Origin: an uncultured Acidobacteriota bacterium
GTDB lineage: Bacteria; Acidobacteriota; Polarisedimenticolia; Polarisedimenticolales; Polarisedimenticolaceae
Assembly (NCBI GenBank): GCA_963824225.1
Contig: CAWGOF010000003.1
Coordinates: 3,040,847-3,104,846 of the forward strand
Reading direction: 5' to 3'
Length of the DNA: 64,000 bases
Below the pieces are notes generated by a model. That model did not search any database and was not told the DNA's origin. It saw only the letters and a program-made list of their open reading frames with translations. A program made the translations under genes and the position numbers. Shown here in pieces: positions 36,007-46,741 of the stretch (its first letter is position 1; each line of letters opens with the position of its first letter).

Positions 36007-38135
36007 GTGAACCATAGCGAAATCGTCAGCTTTCTCTGGGGCGTCGCGGACCTCATCCGCGACACCTTCAAGCGCGGCAAGTACCAGGACGTCATCCTGC
36101 CGCTCACCGTCCTGCGCCGCCTCGACTGCGTGCTCGCCGGCACCAAGGAGAAGGTGCTCGGCGAAGCAGGCCGAGCTGAGGGGCAAGAAGCTCGAGAACC
36201 TCGACCCGCAGCTGCGCAAGGCCTCCGGCTTCGCCTTCTACAACACCTCCCGCTACGACTTCGAGAAGCTCCTGGCCGACGCGCCGCACCTCGCCGCCAA
36301 CCTGCGCAACTACATCGCCGGGCTTCAGCCCCAACATGCGCGAGGTGCTGGAGAAGTTCGACTTCGACAACACCATCAGCAAGCTCGACGAGGCGGGGCT
36401 TCTCTTCCAGGTGCTCGAGCGCTTCAAGAACGTCGACCTGCACCCCGACAGGATCGACAACCCGACGATGGGCACGATCTTCGAGGAGCTGATCCGGAAG
36501 TTCAACGAAGCGCTGAACGAGAATCCCGGCGAGCACTTCACGCCGCGCGACGTCGTGCACCTGATGGTGGATCTGATGCTCGCCGGCGACGAGACGCGCG
36601 ATCCGCGCCAAGAGGGCGATCGTCGCACGGTCTACGACCCCTGCTGCGGCTCGGGCGGCATGCTGATGATCACCAAGGAGCACATCACGGTCGGCCTGCG
36701 GAAGAACGGCGAGCTGCTCCGGCCCGCGATCAACCCGGACGCCGAGATCCATCTGTTCGGCCAGGAGGTGAACCCCGAGACCTGGGCGGTCTCGAAGTCC
36801 GACCTGTTCATGAAGGACCCGACCGGCCGCGACGCCGACAACATCGCCTTCGGCAGCACGCTCTCCAACGACCGCCACGCCGGCCAGACCTTCGACTACC
36901 TGATCGCCAATCCGCCCTACGGCAAGGACTGGAAGCGCGACGAGGACGCCGTGCGCGCCGAGCACGAGCGCGGCGCCGCGGGCCGGTTCGGCCCGGGCCT
37001 GCCGCGGATCAGCGACGGCCAGCTCCTGTTCCTGCTGCACATGCTGGCCCACGCGAAGGACCCCGAAGGAAGGCGGCTCGCGCATCGCCATCATCATGAA
37101 CGGCTCGCCGCTCTTCACCGGCGACGCCGGCAGCGGCGAGAGCGAGATCCGCCGCTTCATCCTGGAGAACGACCTGCTCGAGGCGCTGATCGCGCTCCCC
37201 GAGCAGCTCTTCTACAACACCGGCATCGCGACCTACGTGTGGGTGGTGACGAACCGCAAGGCGCCGGCGCGCAAGGGCAAGGTGCAGCTCATCGACGCCA
37301 CCTCGTTCTGGGTGCCGATGCGCAAGAGCCTCGGCGACAAGCGCCGCGAGATCCCGCTCGAGCGCGCGCAGGACATCCTGAAGATCCTCGTCCGACTTCC
37401 AGGACGGCGAGACGCGGAAGGTGGCGAAGGACGGCAAGGAAGAGGACGTCGTCGTCAGCCGCATCTTCCCGACCACCCACTTCGGCTTCCGCAAGATCAC
37501 CGTCGAGCGCCCGCTCCGGCTCAACTTCCAGGCGAGCGCCGGAGCGCATCGCCCGCCTCGAGGAGGAGAAGGGCTTCCAGGCGCTGGCGCAGTCGAAGAA
37601 GAAGGGCGCCGCGGGCGCGAAGGAGCAGGCCGAAGGGCGCGCGCTGCAGGAGGCGATCCGCAAACTCGTGCGGGCGCTCCCCGGCACGCTCTTCAAGGAC
37701 CGCGACGAGTTCGAGCGCTTGCTCGACGCCGCCGCGAAGAAGGCCGGCATCAAGCTCCCGGCCGCCGGTCACGCAAGGCCATCCTCTCCGCGCTCTCCGA
37801 GCGCGACGAGACGGCCGCGATCTGCCGCGACAAGGACGGCGATCCCGAGCCCGACCCCGAGCTGCGCGACACCGAGAGCGTGCCGCTCGCCGAGAGCGTC
37901 GAGGCGTTCTTCGAGCGCGAGGTCAGGCCCCACGTCCCGGACGCCTGGATCGACACGTCCAGGCGCGACCCGAAGGACGGCCAGGTCGGCTTCGTCGGCT
38001 ACGAGATCAACTTCAACCGCTACTTCTACCGCTACACCCCGCCGCGCCCGCTCGAGGAGATCGAGGGCGAGATTCGGCGGCATCGAGCAGGACATCCTGC
38101 GGATGCTGGCCGAGGTGACGGGAGGGTCTGTCTGA
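36007..38135 (+). pseudogene. hsdM: Type I restriction-modification system methyltransferase subunit (HsdM), disrupted by at least 7 frameshifts
   Basis: GTG start; HsdM N-terminus NHSEIVSFLWGVADLIRDTFKRGKYQDVILPLTVLRRLD, catalytic NPPYG ([13 protein letters not shown]), HsdM C-terminal region; coding sense hops between frames near 36165, 36325, 37060, 37395, 37540, 37765, 38075. Confidence 0.7.
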
Positions 38136-38203
38136 GGTCTGAGTGGCAGGTGCCGGCACTTGGTCGGATCTGCCGACGTTCTCTGCCGAAAGGTTGGAAT
38201 CAA

Positions 38204-38233
38204 ATGTCGGCACTTGCGATTATGTGCCGACAT
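38204..38233. promoter_or_regulatory. operator-like inverted repeat ATGTCGGCAC-N10-GTGCCGACAT upstream of abiEi (plus related direct repeats at 38151-38180)
   Basis: perfect 10-bp arms, 16 bp upstream of abiEi ATG; AbiEi antitoxins are known autorepressors binding inverted repeats. Confidence 0.45.
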
Positions 38234-38249
38234 CGACTACCATTCCGCC

Positions 38250-38858
38250 ATGGACAAGCCGCGCCTGACCAGGGCACGTCTGAACGCCGCGGGGGTGGGA
38301 GCCTTCTTCCGGCCGCGTGACGTGCTGCCGCTCGGGGTGTCGTTCCGCCAGCTCCAGCGCCTCGTCGCCGAAGGCACGGTCGAGAAGCTCGGGGGCGGTG
38401 TGTATCGGCTCTCCGAAGTCGAGCCGAACGAGCTCGAGACCATAGCGATGGTGGCCTCGGCCGCACCCAACGCGATCGTCTGCCTGCTCACCGCGCTGCG
38501 CGTCCACGGGATTGGAACCCAGGCACCGCACCAGGTGTGGCTGGCGATCGACCGCAAGGCACGCATCCCGAGACGGCTCCCGGCCAAGGTCCGCATCGTC
38601 CGCTTCTCCGGCCAGATGCTGACCTACGGCGTCGTCACGCAGTCCATGCAGGGGGTCAGGGTCCGCCTCACCAATCCTGCCCGCACCGTCGTCGACTGCT
38701 TCCGCTACCGGAACAAGATCGGCCTCGACGTCGGCATGGAGGCGCTGCGCGACGCGGTGCGCTCGCGCAAGGCGATGGTCGGTGAGATCGACCGCGCGGC
38801 CGAGGTGTGTCGCATCCGCACGGTCATCGGACCCTACCTGGAGGCGCTGTCGGCATGA
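38250..38858 (+). CDS. abiEi: AbiEi-family antitoxin/transcriptional regulator
   Basis: ~200 aa; N-terminal winged-helix region (…[46 protein letters not shown]...) typical of AbiEi; stop overlaps abiEii ATG (ATGA). Confidence 0.55.
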   Translation: MDKPRLTRARLNAAGVGAFFRPRDVLPLGVSFRQLQRLVAEGTVEKLGGGVYRLSEVEPNELETIAMVASAAPNAIVCLLTALRVHGIGTQAPHQVWLAIDRKARIPRRLPAKVRIVRFSGQMLTYGVVTQSMQGVRVRLTNPARTVVDCFRYRNKIGLDVGMEALRDAVRSRKAMVGEIDRAAEVCRIRTVIGPYLEALSA

Positions 38859-39799
38859 GCGGGCGGGAGGTCGAAGGCCGGGCGGAATCAATCCGGCAAC
38901 GCCTACGGAACGAGCTTCGCGCCCGCGGCGAGGACGTGACGCTCGGGCTGCCGCGCTACGCGGTCGAGCGGTTCCTGTACCGGCTCGGCCGGTCGCGTCA
39001 CCGTGAGCGCTTCGTGCTGAAGGGAGCGACGCTCTTCGCGATCTGGGGTACGGCCTACCGGCCGACACGCGATGTCGACTTCACGGGCTACGGCAGCCCG
39101 GACGCGCAGGACGTGATCACTGCCTTCCGCGAGATCTGCAACACCCCGGACGACGTCGATCAGCTCGTGTTCGACACGGACTCGATCACGGCGGAGCCGA
39201 TCCGGGACGGCTCGGAGTACGACGGCCTTCGCATCCGGATCCGGGCGCGGCTGGGAGCATCCGACATCCCGATTCAAGCGGACGTCGGATTCGGCAATGC
39301 GATCGTTCCCGGCCCGGAAGAGCAGGAGTATCGAACGATTCTGGGCGATCCGCCGCCGCGAATCCTGGCCTACCCGCCCGAGTCCGTCGTGGCCGAGAAG
39401 CTGCACGCGATGGTGATGCTGGGCGAGCGGAACAGCCGCTACAAGGACTTCTACGACCTCTACGCGATGGCAGGCGCCTTCCATTTTGAGCGGCCCACGC
39501 TCGTGCAGGCGGTGAGGGCAACTTTCGAGCGCAGGAGCACACCGGTGGAGGCAGCGCTCCCCGCGGCGCTCGCGGCTCCCTTCTACGCCAAAGAAGCCCG
39601 TGCGGCGCAGTGGCGCGCGTACGTGGACCGCAACCACCTCACCGAAGCTCCCGCCGACTTCGGTCGCGTAGGCGATCGGCTCACCGCCTTCCTGCAACCC
39701 GTCTGGGCCGACGTCGCCTCCGGCACCGCGACGGCCGGCGACTGGCAAGGCGGGGGACCGTGGTCGCGGGGATCCTCGAGCGGGAGTCCGCCGCCATGA
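38855..39799 (+). CDS. abiEii: AbiEii-family nucleotidyltransferase toxin (DUF1814)
   Basis: 314 aa; ...RFVLKGATLFAIWGTAYRPTRDVDFTGYG... nucleotidyltransferase-fold G-S/D-xD region; pairing with AbiEi. Confidence 0.6.
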   Translation: MSGREVEGRAESIRQRLRNELRARGEDVTLGLPRYAVERFLYRLGRSRHRERFVLKGATLFAIWGTAYRPTRDVDFTGYGSPDAQDVITAFREICNTPDDVDQLVFDTDSITAEPIRDGSEYDGLRIRIRARLGASDIPIQADVGFGNAIVPGPEEQEYRTILGDPPPRILAYPPESVVAEKLHAMVMLGERNSRYKDFYDLYAMAGAFHFERPTLVQAVRATFERRSTPVEAALPAALAAPFYAKEARAAQWRAYVDRNHLTEAPADFGRVGDRLTAFLQPVWADVASGTATAGDWQGGGPWSRGSSSGSPPP

Positions 39800-41651
39800 C
39801 CATCCATCCCCGCCCACCCCGCGAGATCGACGGCAAGGGCCGCACCGTCCGCGAGCTGCTCGCCGGCCGAAAGTACTCGATCGACTACTACCAGCGCGAG
39901 TACAAGTGGCAGCAGAAGCAGGTCGCCGAGCTGATCGACGACCTCGCGGCCAAGTTCCTGGAGAGCCATGAGGACGGCAACGAGCGCAGCGCCGTCGCCG
40001 ACTACGGCCACTACTTCCTCGGCTCGATCATCATCAGCGACAAGGACGGCCAGAAGTTCATCATCGACGGCCAGCAGCGCCTCACCACGCTGACGCTGCT
40101 CCTGATCTTTCTCCACCACAAGCTCGGGGACGCCGAGCAGAAGGGGCAGATCGCCGATCTCATCTTCTCGCAGAAGTTCGGCAAGCGCTCGTTCAACCTC
40201 GACATCCCCGAGCGCACCGCCTGCATGGAGGCGCTCTACAAGGGCGAGGAGTTCGCCGACGCCGACGCGCCCGAGTCCATCGCCAACATCCTGGCCCGCT
40301 ACGCGGACCTCGAGGACCTGTTCCCCGAAGAGCTCGCCGGCGCCGGCGCTGCCGTACTTCGTGGACTGGCTGGTCGAGAACGTGCACCTGGTCGAGATCA
40401 CCGCCTACTCCGACGGCGACGCCTACACGATCTTCGAGACGATGAACGACCGCGGGCTCTCGCTCACCCCCGCGGACATGCTCAAGGGCTACCTGCTCGG
40501 CGAACATCACCGACGCCGACAAGCGCACCCGCGCGAGCCGCATCTGGAAGGAGCGGGTGCAGGCGCTGGCCGAGCTCGGCAAGGACGAGGACGCCGACGG
40601 CATCAAGTCGTGGCTGCGCAGCCAGTACGCCGAGAGCATCCGCGAGCGCAAGCGCGGCGCAGCGCCGCAGGACTTCGACCTGATCGGCACCGAGTTCCAC
40701 CGCTGGGTGCGCGACCACGACGGACCGCCTCGGTCTCACGGCCAGCGCCGAGTTCGCTCGCTTCATCGAGCGCGACTTCGCGTTCTACGGCCGCTGGTAC
40801 GAGCGCCTGCGGCGCGCGGCCGAGGCGCTCGCGCCCGGGCTCGAGTGCGTCCACTTCAACGCCCAGCACAACTTCACGCTCCAGTACCCGGTGCTGCTTG
40901 GCGCCGCTCCGCGTGGAGGACGACGAGGCCGGCGTGCTGCGCAAGCTCCGCGTCGTGGCCGCTTACCTCGACATCCTGATCCACCGCCGCATCTGGAACT
41001 GGCGCGCGATCGACTACTCGACGATGCAGTACGCGATGTTCCTCGTGATGCGCGACATCCGCGGCAAGGGCGTCGCCTGAGCTGGCCGCGCTGCTGCGCG
41101 AGCGCCTCGACGCCGAGACCGAGACCTTCGCGAGCAACGACCGCTTCCGGCTGCACGGCATGAACGGCCGCCAGATCCACCGGCTGCTGGCGCGCATGAC
41201 GGACTACGTGGAGACGCGCTCCGGCATGGCCTCGCGCTACCCCGAGTATGCCCAGCGCGGCCGGAAGGGCTACGAGATCGAGCACATCTGGGCCGACCAC
41301 CCCGAGCGGCACACCGACGAGTTCGCGCACCCGAGCGAGTTCCAGGAGTACCGGAACCGCATCGGCGGCCTGCTGCTCCTGCCGAAGAGCTTCAACGCCA
41401 GCTACGGCGATCTGCCCTACGCCGAGAAGCGCGAGCACTACGTCGGCCAGAACCTGCTCGCGCGGAGCCTCCACGAGCGCGCGTACGACCACAACCCGGG
41501 CTTCCGGCGCTTCATCGAGGAGAGCGGCCTGCCGTTCCGCGCGCACGCCGAGTTCAGGAAGGCCGATCTCGACGCGCGGCAGGTGCTCTACCAGCGACTG
41601 GCCGAGCGGATCTGGAGCCCGGAGCGGCTGGGACAGGAGGCGGCGTCGTGA
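39796..41651 (+). pseudogene. GmrSD-like (DUF262 + DUF1524) modification-dependent type IV restriction endonuclease, multiply frameshifted
   Basis: N-terminal DUF262 with FIIDGQQRLTTL motif; C-terminal DUF1524 HNH-like region GYEIEHIWADHPERH...; sense switches frames near 40345, 40500, 40725, 41085. Confidence 0.55.
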
Positions 41652-43015
41652 GCGGGGCGACGTACAGCGAGCGTGCGGGAGCGCTGCGGCGGTACAAGCC
41701 ATACCCGGCCTACAAGGACTCCGGCGTCGAGTGGCTGGGGGAGATTCCGGCGCATTGGGATCTGCGCCGGCTCAAGACCAGCGCTGCTGTTCAGCTCAGC
41801 AACGTCGACAAGAAGTCGGTTGAAGGCCAGGAAGCAGTGCGGCTCTGCAACTACACCGACGTCTACTACCACGAGCGCATCTCAGCAAACCTGGACTTCA
41901 TGGCAGCCACGGCGACATCGGACCAAGTGCGCCGCTTTGCACTACGCAAGGGCGATGTGCTCATCACCAAGGACTCGGAGTCTTGGACCGACATCGCGGT
42001 GCCCACGGTCGTAGCGGAAGATCTGCCCGGAGTGTTGTGCGGCTATCACCTCGCCCACATCAGACCCACTCACGTTTGCCACGGACCCTTTCTCGCGCGG
42101 GCCTTCAGCGCGATTGGCCCTCGGGATCAGTTTCAAGTCGCGGCCAACGGCATCACTCGTTTCGGGCTTGGCGGCGATGCGATTGCAACCGGGCTGTTCG
42201 CAATGCCCCCCGAGCCCGAGCAACGCGCCATCGCCGCCTTCCTCGACCGGGAGACGGCGCGGATCGATGCGCTGGTGGCGAAGAAGGAGCGGCTGATCGA
42301 GTTGCTCCAGGAGCAGCGCACCGCCCTCATCACCCGCGCCGTCACCAAGGGCCTCGACGCGAATGCCCCGATCTCAGGCACGGGCTCTACCGTCTTTCCT
42401 CCGGTCCCGTCGGGGTGGGAGTTGCGGAAGCTGCGGCGTCTCCTCACGCGGGTGAAACGACCCGTCAAAGTTGACCCTGACTCTGAGTACCGGGAGATCG
42501 GCATCCGCTCGTGGGGCAAAGGCATCTTTCACAAGGAACCCGTGCGCGGGGTTCTGCTCGAGGACAAGAGTGTGTTCGGTATCGAGCCGGGCGACTTCGT
42601 GCTCAACATCGTCTTCGCATGGGAAGGCGCAGTCGCCGTTGCTGCCGAACCGGAGCGTGGAATGGTCGGCTCGCACCGTTTTCCCACGTTTCGCACCTCC
42701 GAGGAAGTTGATCTGGACTACCTCTTGATGGTTTTTCAGACCAAGCATGGCCGTGCGTTGATGGAGGTGAACTCGCCAGGTGCTGCGGGTCGCAACAAGA
42801 CGATCAGGGTAGACCAGTTTCTCGATGAGCTGGTGCCGCTGCCTCCGGTCGCGGAACAGAAGGAGATTGTCCGACGGTTTAGGAGCGATGAAGTGCGGCT
42901 CGGCGGACTCGTCGGGCGGCTTTGCGAGGCCATCGACCGCCTCAAGGAGCTGCGCACTGCCCTCATTTCCGCCGCGGTGACGGGCAAGATCGACGTGCGG
43001 GAGGTCGAGGCATGA
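41648..43015 (+). CDS. hsdS: Type I R-M specificity subunit (HsdS), two target-recognition domains
   Basis: 455 aa; GTG start overlapping upstream stop; two TRD halves separated by conserved coiled-coil repeats (…LQEQRTALITRAVTKGLD… and …LKELRTALISAAVTGKIDVRE). Confidence 0.75.
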   Translation: MSGATYSERAGALRRYKPYPAYKDSGVEWLGEIPAHWDLRRLKTSAAVQLSNVDKKSVEGQEAVRLCNYTDVYYHERISANLDFMAATATSDQVRRFALRKGDVLITKDSESWTDIAVPTVVAEDLPGVLCGYHLAHIRPTHVCHGPFLARAFSAIGPRDQFQVAANGITRFGLGGDAIATGLFAMPPEPEQRAIAAFLDRETARIDALVAKKERLIELLQEQRTALITRAVTKGLDANAPISGTGSTVFPPVPSGWELRKLRRLLTRVKRPVKVDPDSEYREIGIRSWGKGIFHKEPVRGVLLEDKSVFGIEPGDFVLNIVFAWEGAVAVAAEPERGMVGSHRFPTFRTSEEVDLDYLLMVFQTKHGRALMEVNSPGAAGRNKTIRVDQFLDELVPLPPVAEQKEIVRRFRSDEVRLGGLVGRLCEAIDRLKELRTALISAAVTGKIDVREVEA

Positions 43016-44700
43016 GGGTCACCAAGGCGCGCATCCGGAACTTCCGTGGCCTGAAGGACGTCGGGTTGGAACTCGGTTCGACCACGGTGCTGATCGGCGA
43101 GAACAACTCCGGCAAGACGTCGGTGCTGGACGCCCTCCGGCTCTGCCTCAGGGAGTTGGGACCCCGGCGCCGGGTGGTCTTCGACAGCTTCGACTTCCAT
43201 CTGAAGGACGGAGCGGCGGAGCCGCAGTCGGCAGACCCTATCGAGATCGAGATCAGGTTCTCGGAGACTTCCAAGGGAGAATGGAACGACGCGCTGGTTG
43301 GTCGCCTGAATCGCCAGAAGATCCTGCAGGTCGACGGCGACGATCTGAACCACGTCATGCTCCGCGTCACCTGCACCTACGACCCGACGAACCGAGACTT
43401 TGCTCAGGACTGGGCCTTCCTGAACCTCGAGGGGAAGCCGTTGACCGCAGTGTCCGAAACGGCACTGGGAACCCTGCAACGCGAGGTCGCCTTCTACTAC
43501 CTGAGCGCGCTCCGCGATGCCGCGTGGCACTTCGATGCCAAGGGGCCCTTCTGGAGGCCGTTCCTCAAAGACAGCCAGCTCACGGAGGCCAGGAAGGCTG
43601 AGGTCGTGGAGAAGCTCCGGGAGATCAATGAGCTGGTCGTCGCCTCCCACACCAGCTTCGAGCACGCCATAGAACGGCTCGGCCGAGTGCGGGACGTGGT
43701 GCCGATGGCGGGCGGAGACATGGTGTCCATCGAGGCCGTACCGGGGCGGATGTTCGACATGCTGGCCAAGGCGCAGGTGCACTTGGGCGCGTCGACCGGA
43801 GCGAGAATCCCGATCGGGAGACACGGCGAGGGAACCCAGAGCCTTTCCGTCCTGATGCTCTTCTCCGCGTTTCTGAGTACGAAGCCGGAGGGCAGCCCCG
43901 TGGTGGCGCTCGAGGAGCCGGAAGCGCACTTGCATCCATCGGCGGTCCGGGCCCTCTGGGACATCCTCCGCTTGATCGACGGCCAGAAGTTGATCTCGAC
44001 CCACAGCGGCGATCTACTCTCTGAGGTGGATGTTCTCAATGTGCGTCGTCTCGCCATGGCGGAGGACGGCATTCGAGCCTATCGCGTCCCCTCCACGCTC
44101 CTGTCTGCGGAGGAGACGCGAAAGTTCAACTACCACATCCGCAGATCACGGGGCGAGCTCCTCTTCGCTCGCTGCTGGCTCCTAGTCGAGGGGGAGACCG
44201 AAGCCTGGGTTTATCCTGCGGCCGCTCGTGCTCTTGGGATGAAGCTCCACCGTGATGGCGTGCGGATCGTTGAGTACAGCCAGTCCGACGTAGGACTCCT
44301 GGCCAAGGTCGCGAACTCGCTGGGTCTCCTGTGGTTCTGTGTCATCGACGATGACTCGGGTAGAAGCGAGTACGAACGGAACGTGCAGGACAACCTCGCG
44401 GGGGCATCTGAGAGCGACCGACTCCGCTTTCCGTACAGGAACATAGAAACGCACCTGCTCGAGAGTGGCTACGACGCGATCTATGACCCGTACATGCCGG
44501 AGCAGAAGCGCGCCCTACTGACGAAGCACCCGGGCGATGACGGCTACTGGGCCGACTTCGCAGACCAGCTACCGAAACGACGCAAGACCCGAGCAGCGGC
44601 CGATGTAGCCGCTGCGATGGAGGCGAAGGGCAAGGAGGGGGTGACGGACGAGCTCCGCGGCATCCTCGAGAAGGTCGTGGCTCTGGCGCGAGGTGAGTGA
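43012..44700 (+). CDS. gajA: OLD-family ATPase/Toprim endonuclease, GajA-like
   Basis: 562 aa from ATG overlapping hsdS stop; Walker A GENNSGKTS, ABC-type ATPase region, C-terminal Toprim LLVEGETEAWVYP; partner UvrD-like helicase immediately downstream = Gabija-type architecture. Confidence 0.65.
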   Translation: MRVTKARIRNFRGLKDVGLELGSTTVLIGENNSGKTSVLDALRLCLRELGPRRRVVFDSFDFHLKDGAAEPQSADPIEIEIRFSETSKGEWNDALVGRLNRQKILQVDGDDLNHVMLRVTCTYDPTNRDFAQDWAFLNLEGKPLTAVSETALGTLQREVAFYYLSALRDAAWHFDAKGPFWRPFLKDSQLTEARKAEVVEKLREINELVVASHTSFEHAIERLGRVRDVVPMAGGDMVSIEAVPGRMFDMLAKAQVHLGASTGARIPIGRHGEGTQSLSVLMLFSAFLSTKPEGSPVVALEEPEAHLHPSAVRALWDILRLIDGQKLISTHSGDLLSEVDVLNVRRLAMAEDGIRAYRVPSTLLSAEETRKFNYHIRRSRGELLFARCWLLVEGETEAWVYPAAARALGMKLHRDGVRIVEYSQSDVGLLAKVANSLGLLWFCVIDDDSGRSEYERNVQDNLAGASESDRLRFPYRNIETHLLESGYDAIYDPYMPEQKRALLTKHPGDDGYWADFADQLPKRRKTRAAADVAAAMEAKGKEGVTDELRGILEKVVALARGE

Positions 44701-46584
44701 TGACTTTGAACCTGGACTCATTGAACGAGAACCAGCGCAAGGCCGTCGAATGGCAGGATGGTCCCCTGCTCGTCCTCGCTGGTCCGGGGTCTGGAAAGAC
44801 TCTGGTCTTGACTCTGCGCGTGGCGCGTCTACTGGAGGAGCACGAGGACGCCGCGGTGCTCGCCCTCGCTTTCACGAGCAAGGCGGCCGCGGAGATGCGC
44901 GAGCGAGTCGATCGCCTTCTGGGGCAACACGGCGACCGTGCGCAGCTCTGCACCTTCCATGCGTTCGCTACCGACGTGCTGCGGCAGCATGGTAGCCATG
45001 TGGGGATTCAGCCCGACTTCTCTGCTGATCCAGGAGGAGGATCGGGTGGCCTTGGTGCAAGAGATCGTCGAGGATCTGACGGAGAATGGCCACGTCTTCC
45101 CGACCGATCACCGGAACACCCTCGCGCTCGTGGATCGCCTGTTCGCCTCCTCCTACGACGGTGCTCGAGAGGCTTCTTCCCTCGTGCACACTCCTGCGTG
45201 GGTACCGGACTTGTTTGCGACTTACTGCCAGCGGCTTGTCGCCGCGAACCGGTTGGATTTCGGTGCCCTGCTCCACTTCGCCCGCAAGCTCCTGTCAGAG
45301 CAAGGCGGTGTGACTCGCGTGTTGCGGGCGGGCTGGAGCTACGTGTGCGTCGACGAGTTCCAGGACACGAACAAGGCGCAGTACGACCTGCTGAGACTGC
45401 TCGTGCCACCAAGTGCACCGAATCTCTTCGTGGTCGCGGACGATGATCAGATCATCTACCAGTGGAACGGCGCGAGCCCCGAGCGTTTGCAAGCCCTGCA
45501 GCAGGATCACGGGATGGAAGTCGTTCAGCTCCCGGAGAACTTCCGGTGTCCGAAGGAGATCATCGATCTGGCGAACCGACTCATCGCTCACAACCGACTC
45601 CGGGCCGCGGACAAGAAGCCGCTGACCACCAGTCGGCGTGCCGCGTCGAGCGATGACCTCGTCCGGGTGCGTGCGTACTGCACACCCGAGGAGGAAGCGG
45701 CGGGCATCGCCGCCGACATTCGCGATCGCGGGCTGGCGCCTGTAGACGTGGCCGTTCTCGCCCGGACGACGAAGCTGCTCAATGGAGCGGCCGAGGCGCT
45801 AGGAGCCGCAGGTCTCGACGCTCATGTTACCCAGCGCAAGGCGGAGTTCGAGACTCCTTTGGTGCGCGTGGTCTTCCACGCGCTTCGGCTCGCGAATTCC
45901 CGGCACGACCGCGATGTGCTGCGACGTCTGTGCGTCGCTTGGGGCGCCCTCACGGACCACGATCTGGAACTCGGAGACGTGATCGCCGGGGCCACACTTG
46001 CCGGGGGGGACTTCCTGCGCGCGTGGGCTGATGCCGCGGCGGCTGGTGCGGAGGGAAGTCATGCGGATCTACTCGGCCGCCTTCGGTCATCGCTGGTGGA
46101 TCGCCTCGACTTCCCGGGCGTTGTCGATTGGTTTCTGTCCGATGGCGCGACGACGCCGGCGGACGTCGACGACCCGGCGCTGGCGACCGAGCTCGAGACC
46201 TGGCAAGAGCTGCACGGCGAGCTGGTGCGAGAGCACGGCGAGGATGCACTGACCTTGAACGTCTACCTGCAGCACATGGACCTGGCACCGAAGGGTCCCC
46301 GGCCGGGCCCGAACGCCGTCCGTTGCATGACGATGCATGGAGCGAAGGGGCTCGAGTTCCGGCACGTGTACCTGATCGGAATGGCGCAGGAGGTCTTCCC
46401 CTCCTTTCAGGCGCTTCGCAAAGGGGCGAACAGCCGGGAAGTCGAAGAAGAGCGCAGGAACTGCTTCGTCGCGATCACACGGGTTCAGGAAACGCTGACG
46501 TTGACATATGCGCGTCAGTACTACGGCTACCGCAAGAATCGCTCGCAGTTCCTCGAGGAGCTGGGGCTCTCGGAGGGCTCGTGA
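44700..46584 (+). pseudogene. gajB: UvrD/PcrA-like superfamily-1 helicase, GajB-like, with one frameshift near 45025
   Basis: LVLAGPGSGKT Walker A, VCVDEFQDTN (Walker B/DEAD-like), ...; frame A ends ...GIQPDFS, frame B continues LLIQEEDRVALVQEIVE; start overlaps gajA stop (TGATG). Confidence 0.55.
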
Positions 46585-46637
46585 TTCTTCATCCGGGTTA
46601 CCGCTCCAGATGCCCTTTCTCGACCGAGACACCGCCA

Positions 46638-46741
46638 TTGTCGCCAAGGCCTGCGAGGCCATCGAGCGCCTCAAGGAACTCCGCACCGCCCTCATCTCCG
46701 CCGCGGTGACGGGCAAGATCGACGTGCGGGAGGAGGTCGCA
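46638..46741 (+). repeat. duplicated 3' end of hsdS (~90% identical to 42918-43015) forming direct repeats around the gajAB insertion
   Basis: encodes ...AKACEAIERLKELRTALISAAVTGKIDVREEVA* versus hsdS end ...CEAIDRLKELRTALISAAVTGKIDVREVEA*; stop overlaps hsdR ATG exactly as at the hsdS-gajA junction. Confidence 0.8.
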
